Below, piece by piece: positions 26,901 to 33,833 of a stretch of 64,000 nucleotides of DNA (within the stretch, counting starts at the first letter, position 1; each line of letters opens with the position of its first letter). The stretch is taken from NCBI GenBank assembly GCA_965220195.1, contig CBDCPK010000002.1:42435-106434 (forward strand), read 5' to 3'. The translations under genes were made by a program, and so were the position numbers. This DNA comes from an uncultured Candidatus Binatia bacterium. Lineage in GTDB: Bacteria; Desulfobacterota; Binatia; Bin18. The notes beneath the pieces are model-generated. The model did no database searches. It was not told the DNA's origin and was given only the letters and a program-made list of their open reading frames with translations.

Positions 26901-28150
26901 GGACCACCCTCGGCACGGCGACCCCTCTGCTCCTCACCTCCGCGGCGCCCACCACCTCCGTCCCCAGCCAACTCGTGGCCGCCGATGATGTGCACTACTT
27001 CCGGCTCGACATCCCCCGTCGCGGCATCCTGATCGTCGAGACCACCGGCGACACCGATACCTTTGGCCGCCTGACCCAGGAGGGGACACGGGCCGTCATT
27101 ACAGACGAGGATAGCGGGGCGGACCATAACTTCCGAATCGCCCAGCCTGTCATTGGGGACACGTATTTCGTCGAAGTCAGCGGTGGGGGGGAAATCGGGG
27201 AATACACCCTGGCTGTCGAGTACCGCCCCGGAATGTTGGAGAACCCCCAACCCGGCTCATTCCAGAGTGGCATTGGGGTGATTTCGGGTTGGGTGTGCGA
27301 GGCTGACCAGGTCGTCATCGAATTCGAGCGGCCAGGGGGCACAGTCTGGCGCGAGCCGGCCGCCTATGGCACCCGCCGCACCGACACAGTAGGCGCAGGT
27401 GCGTGTGCGTATCCCGATAGCGGCTTTGGGCTGTTGTGGAACTGGAACAAGCTCGGCCCAGGCAAGCATACCGTCCGGGCGATGGTGGATGGGGTCATAT
27501 TAGCCGAACACACTCTGATTGTCACCACATTAGGTTTGGGTGAATTCCCGAGGGGGTTGCATGGCGACTACGAGTTAATGGACTTCCCCAACATGGGCGA
27601 CACCACCCGGCTCCTCTGGCAGGAAGCCCTGCAGAACTTTGTTATCGCCCCCGAGCCCGGTGGCGACGAGACCGGCGGTGGCCACCACCAGAACCCCAGA
27701 CAAGCTCAATTAGCCGGACAAGCTCAATTAGAGAACCCCCAACCCGGTTCGTTCCAGAGTGGTATTGGGGTGATTTCGGGTTGGGTGTGCGAGGCCGACG
27801 AAGTCATCATCCAATTCAAGCGTCCGGAGGACACCGACTGGAGTGAGCCGGAGCCGACCGGCTATGGCACCAGCCGCCCCGACACCAGCGGAAAGTGTGG
27901 GGATGCCGCGAACGGTTTCGGGTTGTTGTGGAACTGGAACAAGCTCGGCCCAGGGCAGCATACGATACGCGCCCTGGCCGATGGGTTCGAGTTTGCCCGG
28001 AGTACGTTTACGGTGACGACCTTGGGTGAGGAGTTTGCGAAGGGGTTAGATGCCGAATACGAGTTAGAGGACTTCCCCGAGGTCGGCACGACGGTGACAG
28101 TCCAGTGGCAGGAGGCATTGCAGAACTTCACCATCACCGGGGTGGAGTAA
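23966..28150 (+). CDS. secreted multi-domain protein: Calx-beta-like domain, four plant-type LRR blocks, PPC-like domain, two copies of an unnamed GVISGWVCEA domain
   Basis: Signal peptide MSTLTLILKRFRLAPFLLCAGISLALNLWPALSQA. 24-residue LxxLxLxxNxLSGxIPxELGxL repeats. Each block is headed by LxALYxATNGxxW...W.GVTTN..GRVT.L.L and closed by GLC...LPxCG. Confidence 0.85.
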   Translation: MSTLTLILKRFRLAPFLLCAGISLALNLWPALSQAQTVTLSVDPCFVHYSNPSSNVTVTAELSAPRTQQDTEITLSLGGTAMKDTHYTTDYTTDNPLPTITIDAGETSGSVTLSIGPPDVTDQDPETIAVRGRAPSVSVTPATITLVKDDEAQDRTVLKALYQATNGRGWTTNTNWGSSDDPLDTWHGVITNNAGRVTELDLKNNRLSGRLPPVCVLGSLPFLTLDLSHNNLSGNIPNELGDLDNLTELHLNNNRLSGNIPAELGDLDDLTELHLNNNRLSGNIPAELGDLDDLTALNLSHNNLSGPIPDELGSLSRLTELHLNNNRLSGFIPAELGVLDDLTALNLSHNNLSGPIPDELGDLDNLTELHLNNNRLSGNIPAELGDLDDLTALNLSHNNLSGPIPAELGSLSRLTELHLNNNRLSGPIPPELSNLDDRVVLTLDSDTGLCEQVPEVQALKNKLIVWGITLPLCGPREDEARLRALYRATNGTEWATSTNWNTSAALNTWDGVTTNNAGRVTELDLSNNNLSGNIPPELSDLTELHTLDLSNNNLGGRIPPELDKLSDLRVLRLDGNRLRGPLPDSLLTLDALTLDTDTGLCQAAAQAERLRRLGITLPPCGDGETGGDRAVLQALYRATNGTEWEDPDGVPRNQNWTTPATLNTWYGVTTNDVGRVTALHLDNNNLHGFIPPELGDLASLRILDLSDNNLSGLIPPELGDLPDLQVLRLDGNRLRGPLPDSLLTLDALTLDTDTGLCQMVAQVERLRRLGITLPLCGPQGAERDWAVLQALYQATNGTGWAANINWNTSAALNTWHGVTTNSAGRVTALHLDNNGLSGLIPAELSDLTDLTYLNLSNNTLSGRIPPELSDLTDLTYLNLSNNTLSGRIPPELGDLTSLQVLDLSSNDLSGRIPAELGDLPDLQALYLAGNRLRGALPDSLLNLGTLTLDGDDMDLCRTATQAEWLRRLGITLPPCGAGGTTLGTATPLLLTSAAPTTSVPSQLVAADDVHYFRLDIPRRGILIVETTGDTDTFGRLTQEGTRAVITDEDSGADHNFRIAQPVIGDTYFVEVSGGGEIGEYTLAVEYRPGMLENPQPGSFQSGIGVISGWVCEADQVVIEFERPGGTVWREPAAYGTRRTDTVGAGACAYPDSGFGLLWNWNKLGPGKHTVRAMVDGVILAEHTLIVTTLGLGEFPRGLHGDYELMDFPNMGDTTRLLWQEALQNFVIAPEPGGDETGGGHHQNPRQAQLAGQAQLENPQPGSFQSGIGVISGWVCEADEVIIQFKRPEDTDWSEPEPTGYGTSRPDTSGKCGDAANGFGLLWNWNKLGPGQHTIRALADGFEFARSTFTVTTLGEEFAKGLDAEYELEDFPEVGTTVTVQWQEALQNFTITGVE
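26501..26644. repeat. 72-bp (one LRR) tandem duplication, 71/72 identical
   Basis: gacctgaccgatctcacatatctcaatctcagcaacaacaccctcagcgggcgcatcccacccgagttgagc occurs twice. A separate 99-bp perfect repeat lies at 25672-25770 and 26140-26238. Confidence 0.9.
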
Positions 28151-28205
28151 GCGACGGCTGGCAATCCACTCTCGCTTGGGGATCAATCCGGGAAAGGTAC
28201 GGAGT

Positions 28206-29189
28206 ATGCTGTCTGAAAACGATTGTCCTGGGAGAAAATTCTTTATGCTTCGTCTCTGCTATGGTATCGGTATCGTTTTCCTGGTCCCAGCTCTGGCTTA
28301 CTCCGCAGTGCTGGGCATTCCCGGCAATGGCTCCCACCTGTCGGGTATTGGCGTCATTTCGGGCTGGAAATGCCAGGTCAATGGACGGATCACCATCCGC
28401 TTCGACGAGGGGGACCCGATTCCCCTGGCATACCCCACTGAGCGACCCGATACTGCCGGGGTATGCGGGGATACGAATAATGGCTTTGTGGCCATCTGGA
28501 ACTGGGCGGAACTCGGCAGGGGCCGTCACACTGCGGTCGCCTACGATGATGACGTGGAGTTTGGCCGGAGTACCTTTACGGTGGAAACGTTCGGGTTGGA
28601 GAGAAAGTTTGTGCGCAATGCGAGCACCTCTTTCTGCGCCGCTGATTTCCCCGAAGAAGGAGAAACCGCCCTCTTTGTCTGGCACGATGCGACGCAACAC
28701 ATGGAACTCCAAGCGGGCCCGGTCGCGGGAGAGTACGTTTACGATGACCTGGAGGGGAGAGCGTCCAGCGTAGACAACTGGGGGAACTGGTGGGCTCGGA
28801 CAAACGAGGGCAACATCACCGGTTCGACCACCATACAGGAAGTGGCCGACGATGTCTGGCATTTTACCCTCTACTATGAGGATAGTGGGGGGACGAGGCA
28901 TAACGAGTATTATGATGATCTCGTCGATGTAGGCTTTGACAAATGGAGAATGAATTTCGGAGAGGTCCAATTGGAATGGGACCTTGTGTCAGCCTCCAAG
29001 AGGACTCTTGAGCCTGAGCCCGGAGCGCCGTCGCGCGAGGTCTTGTCTGTCAACGTCAGACCGGGGGCGATAGTGCAGAGGTTAGACGGCTCGTCCGCTT
29101 GGCCGTCTGACCTGACCCCGACTATGCGTGAGTTACGTGGCCACATGGCTGTGGTCCGGGTGATCAATCCGTGTGACCCTGAACAATAA
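28206..29189 (+). CDS. secreted protein with one GVISGW-type domain plus unknown C-terminal domain
   Basis: Signal-like LRLCYGIGIVFLVPALAYSA, then GIGVISGWKCQVNGRITIRF...GFVAIWNWAELGRGRHTAVA, homologous to the LRR protein C-terminus. Start is uncertain (28176, 28206 or 28245). Confidence 0.65.
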   Translation: MLSENDCPGRKFFMLRLCYGIGIVFLVPALAYSAVLGIPGNGSHLSGIGVISGWKCQVNGRITIRFDEGDPIPLAYPTERPDTAGVCGDTNNGFVAIWNWAELGRGRHTAVAYDDDVEFGRSTFTVETFGLERKFVRNASTSFCAADFPEEGETALFVWHDATQHMELQAGPVAGEYVYDDLEGRASSVDNWGNWWARTNEGNITGSTTIQEVADDVWHFTLYYEDSGGTRHNEYYDDLVDVGFDKWRMNFGEVQLEWDLVSASKRTLEPEPGAPSREVLSVNVRPGAIVQRLDGSSAWPSDLTPTMRELRGHMAVVRVINPCDPEQ

Positions 29190-29465
29190 GGGAGGAACTG
29201 GCCCACCCAACGCAGTGAGTTCGCCCGGTTGTCCCGTCACTTGCGGGTCATGGCCGCCAGTATCGTCGGTCTGACGGTGACGTTGGTAAAACTGTAGGCC
29301 ACGGCGGGGTGGGTTTGCCCCGGTCCCTATGTCCGGCAAGCCCTGGACCCTAGGAGCAGGCATCACACGTCCAAGAGAGGGTGGAGTAACGGCTCCAGTG
29401 CTGACGGGTCCCGGCTAAAATGGCCGCGACTCGTTCCTCTGTCCGGCCCGAGGATTCTTTGACTT

Positions 29466-29972
29466 TCAGTAAAATTTGCCCCATTTCCCGCAACTTGGAT
29501 AGGCGATACGTGGCGCCGGCGGAACGATCACGTCGCCAAAGCCGATATCAACCTGAACGAACAGCCGTGCTCCGGCAATCCGGGCTTCCAGCGTGACGCG
29601 GACGCCCTGGTAGGCGTCGTGCTCCCGCACTTGATCTGCCCGGACCGTGTCGGCCAGGAACTCGACACCATCGGGCGGAACGATTGTCTCACAAACCGCT
29701 TTGAATATCTCGACAAGTCGGGCGGCCGTACTGTCGCCGACACCCAGCAGATCGAGATCGCCGGTCGCGCGATACGGCACGGTCGCCCACACACTAAAGA
29801 GCATAGCCCCTTTGAGAACGAAGCGGTCAGCATAGGCAGACTGGGAGAGCCGATAGAGCAACCGTTCAATGGCGTAGCGCAGCAGCACGAACTGGACCGT
29901 CTCCCCCTGCGCCTTCGCGTGGTTGGTGAGGCGAGCCCGGACGGACGCAGCCAGGTGACGCGGGCTGGTCAT
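29466..29972 (-). CDS. AbiEii/AbiGii-family nucleotidyltransferase toxin (DUF1814), probably C-terminally truncated
   Basis: RARLTNHAKAQGETVQFVLLRYAIERLLYRL...FVLKGAMLF...TGDLDLLG is typical. At 168 aa it is much shorter than usual family members. Confidence 0.7.
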   Translation of the reverse strand: MTSPRHLAASVRARLTNHAKAQGETVQFVLLRYAIERLLYRLSQSAYADRFVLKGAMLFSVWATVPYRATGDLDLLGVGDSTAARLVEIFKAVCETIVPPDGVEFLADTVRADQVREHDAYQGVRVTLEARIAGARLFVQVDIGFGDVIVPPAPRIAYPSCGKWGKFY

Positions 29973-30130
29973 AGCAGGGCCTCAAGATACGGCCGCATCA
30001 CGTTCCGGACACGGCATACCTGCGCGTAGTGCCAGAGGTCATCGACCGGGCATATCTGCTGACGCAGGCAGTCCCGCAGCGCCTCGACCGCGACGTCAAT
30101 ACCCAGCTTGTTGCGATGCTTGAGCCGGGG
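29969..30130 (-). pseudogene. AbiEi-type antitoxin C-terminal remnant
   Basis: ...KLGIDVAVEALRDCLRQQ...LWHYAQVCRVRNVMRPYLEALL resembles the C-terminus of AbiEi partners. There is no N-terminal wHTH, and the remnant runs into the DUF3800 gene. Confidence 0.4.
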
Positions 30131-30146
30131 GCAGGGTAGGTGCCCG

Positions 30147-30890
30147 TCAACTCCTGATCCCACTCCGACGACAGACGTGGTTGAGCCGCTGCTCAAAATA
30201 TTTGCGAAAGGCGTCGTTTTCGGTATAGGCCGCCGGCTCTGCCCAGATCGCTCCTAAACGTCCGACCAACCCGGCAATCCAGTCTGCTGCCTGGATTGTT
30301 TGATAGCGATGGCTTTCCAAGTGGAAAGGCATCTCGATGAGGTGACGCCGTTGCTCGGTTTGTCCGTACATACTTTGGGCGGCGCGGGTGATGAGATTCT
30401 CGCGCTGTGTATGTTCGTCGAGGATCAAAAGGAAATTGTTTGGCGGCCAACAGTCTGCGGCGCAGAACTCATCAATCCGCTTGATCGCTTCGAGAAACAC
30501 CCGCTCGTAGAGCCTGTTAGGATAGTGCGCGGCGGGGGGTGCGGTCTTTTTGATTCCCACATAGAAGATGAAGCCGCCCAGGCGTTCAATTTTATTGAAG
30601 AGCCGATGCGTGAAGTGCCTCAGTTCTGGATACCTCAGGACGTTTCTCACCGTGTAGAGGCTGCTCCCCTTCTTCTCCCAGAAGGCGGGGTGTTTCCCTG
30701 ACCGCTGGATTTCTGCATCAAGGAGCTGGCATTTGCGTTGGAAGAACCACGTCCCGAAGCCGCGGACTTCCTCCGCAGGGAGGACGAATCCGGCGAATCC
30801 GAAAACCGGGCTGGTACGGTGCTTCGGGTCATCTTTGCTGACGTACGGCCCGATATGCCCAAATTCATCCAGATAGGCGAGATACGTCAC
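30147..30890 (-). CDS. DUF3800 domain protein
   Basis: N-terminal YLDEFGH motif and C-terminal QTIQAADWIAG motif, characteristic of DUF3800. Confidence 0.8.
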   Translation of the reverse strand: MTYLAYLDEFGHIGPYVSKDDPKHRTSPVFGFAGFVLPAEEVRGFGTWFFQRKCQLLDAEIQRSGKHPAFWEKKGSSLYTVRNVLRYPELRHFTHRLFNKIERLGGFIFYVGIKKTAPPAAHYPNRLYERVFLEAIKRIDEFCAADCWPPNNFLLILDEHTQRENLITRAAQSMYGQTEQRRHLIEMPFHLESHRYQTIQAADWIAGLVGRLGAIWAEPAAYTENDAFRKYFEQRLNHVCRRSGIRS

Positions 30891-31172
30891 CGCTCAACCT
30901 CCAGATACACGAAAGCCCACACCAAAAGCGTGGGCCTCGGAAGGAGAGCAAGACAAGCCTGCGTCTCACCAGGGAATATAAATAAGAGACCTGCTAGTGT
31001 CAAGAGCCTATCCGAGCACCACCCTAAAGCGAGCGAAGACCTCCCTCGCCGCGGCCACGCGCCCCGGCGAGATCAAGCGCGGTGTCGCATGAGCCGTGGT
31101 TCATATGGCGAATGGCAAGGCACCCGCTATCCCTGTGGGGGGCTGGCAAACCGGTCATAACAACCTTCAACA

Positions 31173-31520
31173 CTACTCCCATGCCTCCAGAGGGGAAAGA
31201 CACCGTAGCCTCTCACAGGCGGGCTGTGAGAGCTGCCCAATCGGCAATCCGAAGAGGGTGTAGAGGGTGAGGTGGACCTCATATTTCTCCATCGTCGAGC
31301 AGAACGCTGGCTCCGGCCCGACCCACACATGCCAGTGGCGGGTCATGAGGGCGGCGGCGGGGGCATCACAGAACTTGGGCGCCCACTCGACGAACTCCTC
31401 TGCGACGGCCCGCCGCTCGCCCCCCAACCCCTCTAGGCCATCCCCCATCCACCATACGAACGTATAGTCCCACAAGAGGGCGGCGCAGACGACCGCAAGT
31501 AGGGTGGTGATGATTTTCAC
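31173..31520 (-). CDS. hypothetical membrane-anchored protein
   Basis: 115 aa with an N-terminal hydrophobic helix MKIITTLLAVVCAALLW. No recognisable domain. Confidence 0.4.
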   Translation of the reverse strand: MKIITTLLAVVCAALLWDYTFVWWMGDGLEGLGGERRAVAEEFVEWAPKFCDAPAAALMTRHWHVWVGPEPAFCSTMEKYEVHLTLYTLFGLPIGQLSQPACERLRCLSPLEAWE

Positions 31521-31597
31521 GGGATATTCCAGGGGCCGCTGCTCCAGAGCCCACCCACCGGCAACCGCGCACGCAGCGTGGGCACCGGCGCAGCGGC

Positions 31598-31930
31598 CTA
31601 CGTGATGATGGCGGCGAGGCGGGCCAGCACCTCATCCATGATCGGCTCCGGGACGGTTTCGAGGCGTTTCCCATGCCGGGCAGCGAGGTCGAGGACGCGC
31701 GGCTGGTCGCAGCGGATCACGCCCCTCGTGCGGGTGCCCGCGGCTTCGAGGGACACCGCGAACCCGCGCCGGCGCGCGAAGCTCCCACCGGTGGTGATGG
31801 GCAGGACCACGGGCGTCCCGGTCAATGCGTTGAACGCGGCCGGGGACACGATCACGACCGGCCGGGTCCCTTGTTGTTCATGGCCGGCCGTGGGATCGAG
31901 GCTGACGAGCCAGATGTCGCCCTGCTGCAT
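31598..31930 (-). CDS. mazF: MazF/PemK-family type II toxin endoribonuclease
   Basis: GDIWLVSLDPTAGHEQQGTRPVVIVS...PITT... is the canonical PemK fold signature. Its start overlaps the antitoxin stop. Confidence 0.9.
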   Translation of the reverse strand: MQQGDIWLVSLDPTAGHEQQGTRPVVIVSPAAFNALTGTPVVLPITTGGSFARRRGFAVSLEAAGTRTRGVIRCDQPRVLDLAARHGKRLETVPEPIMDEVLARLAAIIT

Positions 31931-32193
31931 TACAACAGTTCGTGGCCGACCGGCTTCGCATCAAGCCAAGCGCGATCTTCGGCCGCCGCGGGGGCGGTCT
32001 CGTCGCACTGGGCCAGCAACTCATCAAGCGAGTACCGTGGCCGGGGCCTGGGCGTCACCACCAAGCGGCCGTCCTCAATGCGGATCTCCACTCTGGCCCC
32101 GACCCCGAGCTGCAGGAGCTTCAGCAGGGCCGGGGGCACGGCGAGCATGACGGACCCGCCCACCTTGCGCAGATTCGTGGTATGCATGAACAC
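31930..32193 (-). CDS. mazE: MazE/PemI AbrB-type antitoxin
   Basis: The SpoVT/AbrB-like N-terminus LRKVGGSVMLAVPPALLKLLQL lies immediately upstream of mazF. Confidence 0.85.
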   Translation of the reverse strand: MFMHTTNLRKVGGSVMLAVPPALLKLLQLGVGARVEIRIEDGRLVVTPRPRPRYSLDELLAQCDETAPAAAEDRAWLDAKPVGHELL

Positions 32194-32345
32194 CTCTCAC
32201 ATTCTATTGAAATATAATAAAGGGTGACTCGCAGCGCAAGGTTGGGTCCTGTCCTCATGAGGACAAACCGACTCTGAAATGAGGACAAATCCCTGAAACG
32301 AGGACAACCCTACTCAAATTAGGACAGGACCCCTGTGTTCGTTTC

Positions 32346-33434
32346 CTATCCATGACCATGATCGTCGTCATCATCATGGCCATGGTCGTGGTCATGCCCG
32401 TCATCCCCATCATGGCCGACAAAACCGGAGGGAACGAGCGCTCCGTCGAGCACCCAATTTCGAATGGTCTCCATCTCCTCATCGGACAACGGCGGCATAC
32501 CCCGAGGCATGCGCCTGCCACGGGTGGGTTCGTCCACGGCTATTTTCTCGACAAGATAGCTCTCATCCGGACGACCCGGATTGATCAGCAGGGTGCCATC
32601 AGAGAGCTGCCCACTTCTGGCGGCGATGGTAGTGCGTGGCATATGCCCTTCGGCCAAATCCAGGTTCGCGACGGGATGGCCCTCCTCGTTCTCGCTCGAA
32701 TGGCAGGGAAGACAACGCGCGTTGAAAATTGCCTGCACCGCGTCCAGGGTGGCTCCAGTTGTTGCGTCCTCGTTATATGCCTCGACGATACCGGTGTTTT
32801 GGGTGGGCAGGGCATAATCCACCCGCAGATTGGTTGTGCCCCCCACTCTTGTAAGCAGCACCTTCGAGGATTCGTCTGTCTCAGTCCTTGTCATGGTCCT
32901 CCCGACCCGGAACAGCGACCACGGATGCTTAACCCCAGTTGTTGCGTTCACAATGAGTATCTGGTCGTTGTGCACATCTACGCCCGTCCAGGAATCCTCG
33001 AAGCTGAAGGCTTCGTTAAATTCGACGTTCCCAGGCGTGGCAACCGTAACGGTATGCTCAAGAATAACCGGTTCGCAGCCTTCAGCCTGAATCTCGACGC
33101 CAACGATATGCTCCCCAGCACCCAGGTGGGCATAGTTGATCACGCCGGAATAACTTGTATTGAGGGGAGCGCCCTCTACTCCCTGCTGCACGTCTTCCCG
33201 TGGACCACAGCACGGCAGGGGGTAGTCGTGTTGAGTGGTCCCATCTACCCGGAGATAAACTGATACGGGCGCATCATTGGTCGCAAAGGCCCAGCCATGG
33301 ATCGTTTCGATCCCAGCGACACCGGTCTTGTCGGCCGGGCTGTCCAAAAACGCCGTAATGGTGTCTGCACGCCCTGCCGATGCGGTCAAAATAAGCATAG
33401 CGAGGACGACTGTCAGGATTTGGTATTTTTTCAT
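32346..33434 (-). CDS. secreted protein: divergent GWxF domain, cytochrome-c-type (CxxCH, planctomycete cytochrome C-like) domain, His/Asp-rich tail
   Basis: ATG at 33434 follows aaggaggg. Signal peptide MKKYQILTVVLAMLILTASAGRA. Heme motif CLPCH with RMPRGMPPLSDEEMETIRNWV. C-terminus HDGDDGHDHDHGHDDDDDHGHG. Confidence 0.75.
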   Translation of the reverse strand: MKKYQILTVVLAMLILTASAGRADTITAFLDSPADKTGVAGIETIHGWAFATNDAPVSVYLRVDGTTQHDYPLPCCGPREDVQQGVEGAPLNTSYSGVINYAHLGAGEHIVGVEIQAEGCEPVILEHTVTVATPGNVEFNEAFSFEDSWTGVDVHNDQILIVNATTGVKHPWSLFRVGRTMTRTETDESSKVLLTRVGGTTNLRVDYALPTQNTGIVEAYNEDATTGATLDAVQAIFNARCLPCHSSENEEGHPVANLDLAEGHMPRTTIAARSGQLSDGTLLINPGRPDESYLVEKIAVDEPTRGRRMPRGMPPLSDEEMETIRNWVLDGALVPSGFVGHDGDDGHDHDHGHDDDDDHGHG

Positions 33435-33833
33435 CGTTCCCCCCTCCTTGCGTAGGCAGCCCGTTCTCGCGAACTTGTCATTTAGAGAAATTATTGGGAT
33501 TATATACCAAAATGCCTTCCTACCTCCCCTGCCATGCAATAAACAATAGCAGGCCCATAGCCATGCAGGATAGGACAATGCAGAGACCAGCCAGGATAAG
33601 CAGGATCGTCACACGGTCTTCTCTTGAGAGTCTTCCTCTTCTTTTAGATAACGTTGGATGAGCCGTTCAATGTGGGCGGCTGTAATAGCGACTCGTCTGT
33701 CCTGCTGTTGGTGGGCTGCTTGCGTAAAGTACTCCAGCGCTCGTTGCACTAGATCATCTTCATCTTCACAAACGCGGGGAAGGTGAGCGGAGGTTCCTGC
33801 ATTTTCTTCATGTGATTTTACATACTCTTCGTT

